64,000 bases of DNA, taken from the NCBI GenBank assembly GCA_963664015.2, contig CAXXLF010000002.1:448001-512000 (forward strand), written 5' to 3'. The notes under the pieces were generated by a model. The model was not told the origin of the DNA and searched no databases. It saw only the letters and a program-made list of their open reading frames with translations. Position 1 is the stretch's first letter. Every line of letters starts with the position of its first letter. Both the position numbers and the translations under genes were made by a program. The stretch is from Candidatus Binatia bacterium. Lineage in GTDB: Bacteria > Desulfobacterota > Binatia > UBA9968 > CAXXLF01. This document shows positions 10,172 to 20,078 of the stretch, one piece after another.

Positions 10172-10450
10172 ACTAACCTGCGGATTTCTTTCAAACGCTT
10201 GTCGACCATCCGTTGCAAGGAACGGGAACCCAAGCATTATAAACAACAGTGGCGGTTACACCAATCGCATCCATTGTATTATGGGCTTTACCTATCATGG
10301 AATCTTGCGTTTGGAAAGAAAGCCCATAGGAGAAACAGGCCGGGGGAAGCGTCCCCAATTCGCGCTATTCGATTGTTGCGCGAGATGAATTCCCATAATA
10401 TGCTGCGGCAATGTGGGTCAGCAATAGGGGATGGAAAGCCGGGTGACCAT

Positions 10451-11563
10451 GTGAATTCGCCAGACAAATTGACCATAGGCGTGAGTCTTCCCAAGTCCGG
10501 GCGCTACGCCCGAACCGCGGGTATTTACTACAGCCGGGCCTATGAACTCTGGCTAAAACAGGTCAATCAGAGACAAGGGCTACTGAATAAAACCGTTGGA
10601 TTAGTGATCTACGACGACCAGAGCCAACCCGATAAGGCGGCAGAGAACTATAAACGTTTGATTCTTGAGGATCGGGTTGAGCTTTTGCTCGGCCCCTGCC
10701 ACAGTGCCCTGGTGGAAGCCGTTGCACCTATTGTGGAGAGCCACCACAGACTGTTACTCCAGGGCAGCGCGAGCTCCCACGAACTATTTCGAAAGGGCCG
10801 TCGATATCTCTTTCTCTGTTGGTCCGGTTGCGACTTCGACTTCCCGAGAAGTTTCTTTGAGTTTCACGCTCGCGGTGCGGGATCGGCCCCTACCCAAAAG
10901 GCAGCGTTAGTTTATACCGATTGGCGAATCGGCAATGCGGTCGCCCAGGGTACGAGGCACTACGCAAGATCCCACGGAGTCCAGGTGGTTTACGAAGAAG
11001 TCATTGGGGATCCTCCCGTTGACGATACGGGAATGATGGAACACGTAGCGGCCTCCCACCCGGACGTGGTGCTGGTGGGACTCGATCACGTGCGCCCAGA
11101 CCAGCCCAAGCACGAGTGTGTCCGAAAAGCGCTTGAGGCCGGAATGCGCTTCCAACAGCTTTAGCTCTCGGACAACCCGTCACCCAGGGATACGGAACTG
11201 GGGGATACTATCAACGGCACATTCATGCGCGGGAGCTGGGTCTGGGTCGCCGAAGACCCGCTTTCCAGACATTTTTTGGCCGACTTTAGATCCGCATATG
11301 GAAATTATCCCGAGTACCATTCGGCCGGCGGATACGCATGCTGTTAGGTCCTGGAGCAAGTGGTTCAGCCTACCGGGGATTGGGACAATGAGACCCTGCG
11401 AAACAATTTGCTAAGTATGGAATTCGAAACCGTTATGGGCAAGTTACGCTTTGCCAACGACGGACTGCCTATGGCCACCATGCAGCTATGCCAATGGCAG
11501 GATAGTTCGCTGGAGATCGTTTACCCTGAATCTGCAAAAACCCGGGACGCGACAATCATCTAA
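10451..11563 (+). pseudogene. Branched-chain amino acid ABC substrate-binding protein (LivK type) with two in-frame TAG codons
   Basis: IGVSLPKSGRYA, YDDQSQP, LLGP and C-terminal FETVMGKLRF..QWQ..IVYP; the frame continues through TAG 11162-11164 and TAG 11345-11347. Confidence 0.8.
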
Positions 11564-11640
11564 CCAATATATACTTAATTTTTTAAACTCGCGTTTAGAC
11601 ATTCGAATACACAACGATTCGCGCAAAGAGTTAAGAAGAA

Positions 11641-11740
11641 TTAGCCGCAGATTTACGCAGATAGACACAGACGGGGGAATCGCAACGCGCATTGCGTATG
11701 GAACAATGCGCCTTTGAGCTGAGGGACGAGTACTGAGTGG
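11641..11740. repeat. Cluster of short intergenic repeat remnants
   Basis: 9-nt periodic ccgcagatt/acgcagata/acacagac units, inverted repeat gcgcattg...caatgcgc and gctgag/actgag units. Confidence 0.45.
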
Positions 11741-12034
11741 GGAGGGATGAGAATCGCGAATAGATGATCAAAGGTCGAAAAAGGGGCGAAGTTGGCCGCA
11801 TCCTGAGTGAGTTGCCCCCGTACAAGCTTAGTACCCACCTGTTTCCTTGGGAGAATCGGATTAATATCACCCCCAACGGCGCAGTGATTAGGGGGGGCGC
11901 CGATAAACCGTGGCGACTCTTCTTGACATTTCCCGCCTATTCCAGTTTGCTTAATCGGCAAAGTCAACGAATCAGTGAATCCGAATTTTCCGTACGAGAG
12001 CTAGGTGCCATTTCTTAACTGATTTTTGAGAACC

Positions 12035-12388
12035 ATGACCATACGCATCAAGAACCTTAAATTAAGGACCATCATCGGCATAAACGATTGGGAACGGGTG
12101 GAAAAACAGGGCCTGGTCATCAATCTCAAGTTGGAACTGAATCGAATCAAGGCCACGGACACCGACCGCATCGAGGATACGGTAAATTACAAATCCTTGA
12201 CGAAACAAATTATCAGCGAAGTGGAGCAGTCCAAGTATTACCTGCTCGAGAAGCTTGCTCACCATCTTATGCAGATCGCTTTGAAAGATAAACGAGTCAA
12301 GAGCGCGACCGTAGAGATCGATAAACCCGGAGCCTTGCGTTTCGCGGATTCCGTCTCGGTGAGTTGTACGGCGGGACGGAGAAAATGA
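12035..12388 (+). CDS. folB: Dihydroneopterin aldolase/epimerase (FolB/FolX family)
   Basis: IKNLKLRTIIGINDWER..Q, TVNY, LLEKLA and KPGAL; adjacent to folK. Confidence 0.85.
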   Translation: MTIRIKNLKLRTIIGINDWERVEKQGLVINLKLELNRIKATDTDRIEDTVNYKSLTKQIISEVEQSKYYLLEKLAHHLMQIALKDKRVKSATVEIDKPGALRFADSVSVSCTAGRRK

Positions 12389-12777
12389 ATCACGCCGTGA
12401 TTGGGATTGGCTCCAACATCCAACCGGAAACCAATATCCCTAAAGCCATAAGCAAAATCGGTCAGACCCACCGGATCGTCAAGGAATCCAGTCTCGTGGA
12501 GACCGCGCCCATTGGATCCCGGGATCAATCTCCTTTTCTCAACGGTGCCCTGTTAATCGAGACCGAACTGGATCGCGATGACCTGAAAGCCTGGTTGCTG
12601 AGGGTCGAGAGTGAGCTGGGGCGTGTACGAGGGACCGACAAGAATGCACCGCGGACCATTGATCTGGACATCGTGGTCTGGAGCGGGGAGATCGTTGATC
12701 AGGACGTCTACGGCCGGGATTATCTACGGCAGGCAGTAAACGAGGTTTGCCCCACATTCAAAGTTGGGGACTCATAG
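12385..12777 (+). CDS. folK: 2-amino-4-hydroxy-6-hydroxymethyldihydropteridine pyrophosphokinase
   Basis: IGIGSN, FLNG and PRTIDLDI motifs. Confidence 0.93.
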   Translation: MNHAVIGIGSNIQPETNIPKAISKIGQTHRIVKESSLVETAPIGSRDQSPFLNGALLIETELDRDDLKAWLLRVESELGRVRGTDKNAPRTIDLDIVVWSGEIVDQDVYGRDYLRQAVNEVCPTFKVGDS

Positions 12778-12901
12778 GAAGATGGAGAAACTGTTCATTG
12801 GCGAAGATGGTGGCCCGCGAAAGAACCCTATACTGAAACGACCACTCATTCGTTCGAGGCATGCGAAAGAAGAGAAGCGGGCAGGCCTACCCCTGGCTAC
12901 C

Positions 12902-13885
12902 ATGGGCCGGTGTTTACTTTTCCTGTTACTACTTCTGGCCGGCTCGATCTCAGTCTTAATGGCCGGACCCAGAACCCAGTCCATCACGGTCACGGCCGCC
13001 ACGATGAATCTGAATCGGGATGCACCGGAGCAACAGACATTTGGGAAGCTTCAATTCCTGAACGGTTTTGAGCTTGCCTCCAAGGACTCTCGCTTTGGGG
13101 GTCTATCCGGGCTGACCTTGAGCCAGGACGGCCAAATGCTCTACGCCATTTCCGATCGCGGCTATTGGTTTTCCGCCGGTCTGAAACACGATGCCGAGGG
13201 ACGCCTCACTGATATGGGAAAGTGGACCGTTGGACCGTTACTCGCTATTAATGGAAAGGTTCTCAACTCACGGGAACGGGACGCAGAAGCTTTAACTCAG
13301 GACCAAGATGGCTCCTTTATTGTTGCCTTCGAGCGGCTGCCCCGTCTCTGGCGTTATCCTGCATCTTCTTCCCCTTTTTCCCAGCCTCCCGTGTCCTTAC
13401 CCCTCCCGCCGGAAATTCACCAGGCTCCCGCCAACGGAGGCTTGGAAGGGGCGACCATACTCAACGACCGGCGCCTCCTCCTCATTACCGAGCGTTTCAA
13501 AAACAAGGATGGGAGCGTCAAAAGCTGGCTCGTTGACAAGTCCCTCTTTACCTCCCTTTCTTATCCGATAACCGAGGACTTTTTACCGACGGACTTGGCC
13601 ACGCTCCCAAACGGAGATATTCTTCTTCTCGAACGGCAATACAAAATACTCCGGGGGGCCATCGTGCGGATTCGGCGGATCCCACGGGAAAGCATACGGG
13701 CAAAAGCTCAACTTACAGGTAAGGAGATCATAAGGCTCGCCCCACCGTTGGAAGTGGACAACTTTGAGGGAATGGCACTGCATCAAGACGCTCAGGGTAG
13801 AGTCTTGCTTTACCTGGTTTCAGATGACAACTACAGTCCGCTGCAGCGTACACTTTTATTCCAATTTCGCTTGATCGATAACTAA
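12902..13885 (+). CDS. Esterase-like activity of phytase family secreted protein
   Basis: FGGLSG, AISDRG, DAEAL, NGGLEG, DNFEG and LVSDDN..QRTL; N-terminal signal; start may lie upstream. Confidence 0.85.
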   Translation: MGRCLLFLLLLLAGSISVLMAGPRTQSITVTAATMNLNRDAPEQQTFGKLQFLNGFELASKDSRFGGLSGLTLSQDGQMLYAISDRGYWFSAGLKHDAEGRLTDMGKWTVGPLLAINGKVLNSRERDAEALTQDQDGSFIVAFERLPRLWRYPASSSPFSQPPVSLPLPPEIHQAPANGGLEGATILNDRRLLLITERFKNKDGSVKSWLVDKSLFTSLSYPITEDFLPTDLATLPNGDILLLERQYKILRGAIVRIRRIPRESIRAKAQLTGKEIIRLAPPLEVDNFEGMALHQDAQGRVLLYLVSDDNYSPLQRTLLFQFRLIDN

Positions 13886-13926
13886 CCGTAACCAGACTCA
13901 GAGGTGCCCACCTTGGTGAGGAGTCA

Positions 13927-14961
13927 ATGATGACTGATCGTGACGATAAAACGGACGCACTCGGAACGTTGGGCCTACGCGAGATTCGTCAACTGGCGCG
14001 TAAAAACACTCCCTCGGAGGCTTGGGAACATGTCATGGGAGCCGCAGGAAGCCGATCGACACTACGCCGGAACCAAGCGGCCATGCGGAGAATCCTGTTT
14101 CGTCAAAGAATCTTTCACGATATCACCAATCCGGATACCACCGTTACCCTGTTCGGCCGCCCCCTCCCCCTCCCCATCGCCATCGCCCCCGTCGGAAGTT
14201 TTGCCAAGGTTCACCCCCACGGCGAACGCTGGGTGGTTGAAGGTGCGGGCCGTGCCGGAATCATGGTCTTCGTGAGCCACGCCGCACGGTCTACGGCCAA
14301 GGAATGGGCCGAGGGTGCCTCCAGTCCCCTGGTTTTCATGGGTTATCTGAGCCGAGGGCGGGAGCGGGTATTGGAATACGCACGGTGTGCAGAGGAGTTG
14401 GGATATGCAGCCGTAGGGTTGACCATGGATACGGTCCAGCCGGTCAAGATCGGTGATCATGTCCCCCTTCAAGCCGACGGCCGGCCCAGGGAAGGTCATT
14501 CGGCTTCACCGCGGGATATCGAGTGGCTCAAGCACGAGGTCTCCGTGCCCGTCGTGGTCAAGGGAATCATGGGCGCCGAAGATGCTCGAATCGCCGCAGA
14601 TGCGGGCGCTGATTGTATCGTGGTCTCGAATCACGGCGGGAGGGTGCTCGATTATAATCGAGCGACGATCGAGACCTTACCCGAGGTGGTTCACGCTATC
14701 GGGAATCGCGTCCCGGTCCTCCTTGACAGCGGCATCCGAAGTGGAGATGACGTCATTAAAGCGCTGGCTCTGGGCGCCAAGGCGGTTCTCGTCGGCCGCC
14801 CGATCTGTTGGGGGCTTGGGGCCGGCGGATCACACGGAGTGGAACGGGTCATTCAGATTCTGGCCGATGAACTGAAGAGAGTTCTAATCATGACCGGTAC
14901 CGGAAGCATCACCAACATCACCGAGTCGATACTGATCATGGATTCGGCACGACGAACCTGA
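13927..14961 (+). CDS. FMN-dependent alpha-hydroxy acid oxidase/dehydrogenase
   Basis: VVKGI, VSNHGGR, DSGIRSG.DVIKALALGA and GRP. Confidence 0.93.
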   Translation: MMTDRDDKTDALGTLGLREIRQLARKNTPSEAWEHVMGAAGSRSTLRRNQAAMRRILFRQRIFHDITNPDTTVTLFGRPLPLPIAIAPVGSFAKVHPHGERWVVEGAGRAGIMVFVSHAARSTAKEWAEGASSPLVFMGYLSRGRERVLEYARCAEELGYAAVGLTMDTVQPVKIGDHVPLQADGRPREGHSASPRDIEWLKHEVSVPVVVKGIMGAEDARIAADAGADCIVVSNHGGRVLDYNRATIETLPEVVHAIGNRVPVLLDSGIRSGDDVIKALALGAKAVLVGRPICWGLGAGGSHGVERVIQILADELKRVLIMTGTGSITNITESILIMDSARRT

Positions 14962-15014
14962 CCCCAATACCTCGGTTGTTTCCGTACCCGAGTCGGGCCC
15001 TTTACCCCGCAAGG

Positions 15015-15623
15015 CTACCTTAACTTTTTCAGATCCACGTCTACGGTCCGAGCCTCTCCCAAGCGCCCAATCCTAAAGGACTCCACTTTGGTCCCCAGTT
15101 CAAGATACCAGACCTCGAGGTGGTATTCCCCAGGAGGCAGTCCCGGGATTCGATATCGGCCCCTGTCATTGGCTACCGCGAAGTAGGCGTGCTTTTTCAC
15201 AACGATAAATGCTTCCATATTGGGGTGGACATTACATAGCACCTTCACCCCCCGGCTCTCCCCGGTTGGATAAAGGCCGAGATCAAAGGTCGTTGTCTCG
15301 GAAGCGGAGTACACGTTGTGCCATGACTTGTCGTTGTTTGGAAAATTGACCAGCGTCCCGACCATAACCGCCGAAACGTGAGGAATGAACTTTTTTCCCC
15401 GCTGATCTACAGTCACCAGCTTGGGTTTGCCCTGGCCAGGCTGCCCCCCCAGGGTTTCTCCTCCGGGCCCGCTCACCGCAACCACGACATCAGAAGTCAC
15501 CCGGCCATTGAGAGTAACGATTCCCGTGACAGTGGCACCCCCCGACCCTCCTTCTGCGGCGACTGCGCGAATCGGGAGTAGGAGCGTCCAAAAGGCAAGA
15601 ACCCCAAACAAAAAGTGATTCAT
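15015..15623 (-). CDS. Exported cupredoxin-like/carboxypeptidase-regulatory-like protein, possibly with a small internal deletion
   Basis: Signal peptide; DQ..K.F.PHV, FPN.D...HNVYS, LCNVHPNM and GLPPGEY; the FDLGLY-to-CNVH segment looks shorter than usual. Confidence 0.7.
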   Translation of the reverse strand: MNHFLFGVLAFWTLLLPIRAVAAEGGSGGATVTGIVTLNGRVTSDVVVAVSGPGGETLGGQPGQGKPKLVTVDQRGKKFIPHVSAVMVGTLVNFPNNDKSWHNVYSASETTTFDLGLYPTGESRGVKVLCNVHPNMEAFIVVKKHAYFAVANDRGRYRIPGLPPGEYHLEVWYLELGTKVESFRIGRLGEARTVDVDLKKLR

Positions 15624-16061
15624 TCTCTACCCCCTTTGACCGGTCGATAGAGGAATTGGACTTCGGAAACGGCCTTGCCTTTAACGACAACCCTCTTGAC
15701 CTGGCTTCCCAAGCGTTCATACCACACTTACAAATGGTAGGCTCCAGGAGGTACGTTACGAATCTCTAATTCACCGAAAAGATCCGAAACCACATGGTTA
15801 AGGATGGTCAGGCACAGCGGGAACCCGGTACTGATCATTCGCGCCGTCTGTTAGTCGCCCCCCAGGCAGGCGTCATGGCCCTGCAACACCGTCTAACATT
15901 GTACCCCAATTTGAGCCATGGTAACCTCAATGAATTAGCGTAAGTGGGTACTCGGCGTGGGCCGAACCAGCCGGGTGCCGTCTTGAGTGCAAGTACGCAC
16001 TTACAGGTAAATTCCGCTAAACGTAGATTTTAAACTTACACCGCCCTGGAGGTCCCTTCTA

Positions 16062-17621
16062 TTGGCTGTGCATCAATTCGACGCCATTCTTTTCGATTTG
16101 GATGGAGTCGTCACCAATACGGCGAAGGTCCACGCCGCCGCTTGGAAAGCGCTGTTTGATACTTACCTCAAGCTGAGAGGAGGTCGGGACAAGCCGCCCT
16201 CTTCTCCTTTTGATAGTGTCAATGACTATCTCGCTTACGTGGACGGCAAACCTCGGTATGAAGGAGTCCGCAGTTTTCTTGAATCCAGAGAAATTCGAAT
16301 TCCCATGGGAGACCCGACCGACGGCCCCGACCGAGAAACCATCTGCGGGCTGGGGAACAGTAAAAACGAGCTATTCACAGAGATTATGGAGCGGGACGGC
16401 GTTGAGGTATTTCCTGCCACCGTGAAACTGATCCAGGAGTTGAAAGAAGAACAGATCAAGACCGCTATCGTTTCATCCAGTAAGAACTGCCTAGCGATAC
16501 TTCAAAAGGCCGGCATGGGAAACGCCTTCGACGCGAGGGTAGATGGAGTACTATCCCAGACCCTGGGTCTCAAGGGGAACCCCAATCCGGACATATTCAT
16601 CAAAGGCGCCGAACTGCTCGACGTCGATGTGAGAAGGACCGTGGTCATTGAAGACTCCATAGTCGGCGTCGAAGCGGCAAGGGCCGGAAACTTTGGTATG
16701 GTCATTGGCATCGATCGGACCCAGCAGTCACGAGGTCTCAAGGAAAAGGGAGCCCATTGGGTGCTCCAGGACTTGAGCGAGATCAGTCTCACCGATCTGG
16801 ATTCATGGTTTAGCCAGCACAGATCCGAACTCCCATTGGCCCTTGAGCGGATGGACGAGATTGCAGCACGTTTATCCAAGAAACAGGCCGCCGTATTTCT
16901 CGACTACGATGGTACGTTGACACCGATTGTGGAGCATCCCGATAACGCCTTCATGTCAGATGAAATGCGCGAGGTCGTCCGTCAATTGGCCACTGTGACA
17001 CCGGTCGCCGTCGTTAGCGGTCGAGATCGAAACAAGGTCCGTGACTTCGTGAAACTGGACCACCTGGTCTACGCCGGTAGCCATGGCTTCGACATCGCAG
17101 GACCGAACCAAGCGCAAATTCAATTTCAGGAGGGCAATCGTTTCCTACCGGCCCTGGACAAGGCCCAAGAAGAGATTTCTGAATCCGTCAAGGGCATCAA
17201 GGGTTCCCTGATAGAACGCACCGCCTTTTCCATATCCGTACATTATCGGATGGTAGCGGAAAATCAGATTTCCCGGGTTGAACAGATGGTCGACGAGATA
17301 TTACGAAAACACACCGAACTACGAATGACCCATGGCAAAAAGGTCTTCGAAGTCCGCCCTAATATCGACTGGGACAAGGGCAAAGCCGTGTTGTGGATCT
17401 TAAAGGCCCTCAACTTGAACGGGCCCGATGTGGTGTCCCTTTATTTAGGGGATGACACGACCGATGAGGACGCCTTCCGTGCCCTGGCCGGACGGGGCAT
17501 TGGCATCCTGGTTGCCGACGGGGCCAGGCCAAGCCGTGCATCCTACAGACTCAAGAACACCGATCAGGTCGAAGAGTTTTTGTTGGGGTTCGCCTCCCTA
17601 TTAAAAGAAAAACATCAATGA
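16062..17621 (+). CDS. otsB: Beta-phosphoglucomutase-like HAD domain fused to trehalose-6-phosphate phosphatase
   Basis: FDLDGVVT and DGKPRYEGVRSFL (beta-PGM-like); FLDYDGTLTPI, SGR, WDKGKA and GDDTTDEDAF (OtsB). Confidence 0.88.
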   Translation: MAVHQFDAILFDLDGVVTNTAKVHAAAWKALFDTYLKLRGGRDKPPSSPFDSVNDYLAYVDGKPRYEGVRSFLESREIRIPMGDPTDGPDRETICGLGNSKNELFTEIMERDGVEVFPATVKLIQELKEEQIKTAIVSSSKNCLAILQKAGMGNAFDARVDGVLSQTLGLKGNPNPDIFIKGAELLDVDVRRTVVIEDSIVGVEAARAGNFGMVIGIDRTQQSRGLKEKGAHWVLQDLSEISLTDLDSWFSQHRSELPLALERMDEIAARLSKKQAAVFLDYDGTLTPIVEHPDNAFMSDEMREVVRQLATVTPVAVVSGRDRNKVRDFVKLDHLVYAGSHGFDIAGPNQAQIQFQEGNRFLPALDKAQEEISESVKGIKGSLIERTAFSISVHYRMVAENQISRVEQMVDEILRKHTELRMTHGKKVFEVRPNIDWDKGKAVLWILKALNLNGPDVVSLYLGDDTTDEDAFRALAGRGIGILVADGARPSRASYRLKNTDQVEEFLLGFASLLKEKHQ

Positions 17622-20015
17622 GCAATTGGATTCTCCAGTACAACGGATTTGAACCGGAAAAGGAGCGGCTCCGTGAGGTCTTGTGCACCTTGGGTAACGG
17701 ATATTTTGCCACGCGGGGTGCCGCAGAGGAGGTGTTGGCGGACCCATACCACTACCCGGGAACCTACTTTGCCGGCGGGTATAACCATCTCGATACGGAA
17801 GTTGGAGGACGCACAATAACCAACGAGGACCTGGTCAACTCTCCCAACTGGCTTCGCCTGACTTTCCACCCGGATGACGGCGGTTGGTTGAACCTCATGG
17901 CCGTCGAAATCCTCTCCTCCGACAACAGTTACATCTGAAAAACGGCATCCTGTTTAGAAAGGTTAGCATCCGTGACAAACAAGGACGCGAAAGGACGATT
18001 CTATCCAAACGGTTGGTTCCCATGGGCAATCGCCACCTAGCGGCCATAGAAACCAGCATTACCGCAGAGAATTGGGAGGGCGGCATAAGAATCAAATCCG
18101 AGCTAGACGGATCCGTTATTAACGGAGGTGTGGAACGGTACAAGCAGTTCAATTCGAAACACCTGCAAACCCTATCCATGGGACCTGTGAATAAGGACAG
18201 TGTCTATCTTCTGGTTCATACCAGCCAGTGAAGAATGGAGGTTGCGGAAGCGGCCAGGACTCAAATCTTGGGCAAGGGCCATCGGGTAGCCGTCGACGGG
18301 GAGACCTATGAGGGACAGGAGGTTGTCGGCCAGGAGTTTCACCTGAACCTGGAAAAGAAGAAGACCATCAGCGTCGAGAAGATCGTCTCTCTTTACACTT
18401 CGAAAGATTATACCATATCCGAGTGCTCTCTAGCCGCTCGCACCGCTCATTCCCAATACGGCCGCTTTCAAGACTTGCTCGAAACCCACACTCAAGCGTG
18501 GAAGTTTCTCTGGCACCGGTGCGATGTTGAAATCCGGGCAGGGAACCACGCGCAGCTCGCACTGCGGGTGCACATCTTCCACCTTCTGCAAACGATTTGC
18601 ACACACACACGGTACGTCTCGATGTCGGCGTCCCCGCAAGAGGCCTCCACGGAGAGGCCTACCGGGGACATATCTTCTGGGACGTGCTGTTCATGCTCTT
18701 TTTCTACACCTTGCGCATTCCGGAGGTTACCCGATCGCTACTTTTGTACCGCTACCGCAGGCTTGACAAGGCACGGCAAGCAGCGAAAGAAGCCTCCTAT
18801 GAAGGTGCCATGTATCCCTGGCAGAGCGGCAGCGACGGGGGGGGGGGGAGGAGACCCAGATCGTCCACCTGAATCCGGACTCCGGCCGCTGGATCGATGA
18901 CCACAGCCATCTGCAGCGTCATGTGAATGTAGCCATCGTCTACAATATTTGGCAGTACTTTAAAGCTTCCGGCGATTTGGAATTTTTAGACTACTACGGA
19001 CCCGAAATGGTCCTGGAGATCGCCCGTTCCTGGTCCAGTATCTCCATCTACAATGAGGAGACCCGGCGCTATGAGATCTCGGGGTTCATGGGTCCCGACG
19101 AATACCACGAAAAATACCCCGATGCCCAAGTGGGCGGACTCAAAAACAACGCCTACACTAAGGTCATGGCGGTCTGGGTGTTGGAGCGGGCCATCGAATT
19201 CCTGACACTACTCAATGAAAAACGACGCATCGAATTATCGGAGAAACTAGCCCTTCGGAACGATGATATTCGACGCTGGAAAGACATCATATACAAAATG
19301 ACCGTCCCCTTCCACGGCGATGGGATCATCAGCCAGTTTAAAGGGTACGACCAATTGAAAGAATTCGACTGGGAGGACTATCGGAAAAAATTCAGCAATA
19401 TGGGTCGTCTGGAACGCATCCTGGAGGCCGAGGGGGGATTCGCCCCATCACTACAAATTATCCAAGCAGGCCGACGTCCTGATGCTCTTTTATCTGCTTC
19501 CTATACGCGAAGTACGACGCCTTTTCAAACAGTTGGGTTATCATTCCGACGATGATACTTTCCGTAAAAACATCGACTACTACATGGAGCAAACCTCCCA
19601 TGGGTCAACCCTCAGCAGGGTCGTTCATGCTTTCGTAGTCGCCCGTATTCACCCCAAAAGGTTTTGGGGATTTTTTAATGAAGCGCTGCAATCGGATATC
19701 GCCGACATCCAGGGCGGGACCACATAGGAAGGTATTCACCTTGGCGCCATGGCAGGTATCGACGACCTGCTACTTGGCTGCTATGCGGGAATTGATACGT
19801 GGGGTGAAACTGTCTCCTTCGATCCGGTGCTCCCGGAAGGGATACAAAAGCTCCATCTTCGAATCCAATACCACGACCGTTGGTTTGAACTCGACCTAAC
19901 CAAAGACCGGCTTCACCTTTCAGTGGATAAGAACGGGACACAACCGGTGCAGATTCTGATCGAAGGGAATTCCTACAGCACTCGGCCCGGTGTTGGGCGT
20001 ACCTTCAAACTGTGA
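17618..20015 (+). pseudogene. Glycoside hydrolase family 65 (trehalose/maltose phosphorylase-like) broken by four frameshifts and two nonsense codons
   Basis: TLGNGYFATRG, ARGLHGEAYRGHIFWD, GPDEYH, KQAD and EGIHLGAMAG lie in successive frames; TGA at 18229 and TAG at 19725. Confidence 0.9.
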
Positions 20016-20078
20016 CGGTCGTCCCTTTGGGGCTGGCCCGGGTCCCAAGGGCTCCGACCGTTCCTCCGCGGCGCCGAG

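Noticed and set aside
9983-10450. Long N-terminal extension of the substrate-binding protein ORF
   Set aside because: It overlaps the opposite-strand dehydrogenase, and family similarity starts only near 10451
11641-11740. CRISPR-like array
   Set aside because: Units are about 9 nt, degenerate and lack unique spacers; no cas genes are present
11764-12018. 84-aa ORF upstream of folB, and a 73-aa ORF at 29525-29746
   Set aside because: No recognisable motif or convincing start; cannot be supported from the sequence alone
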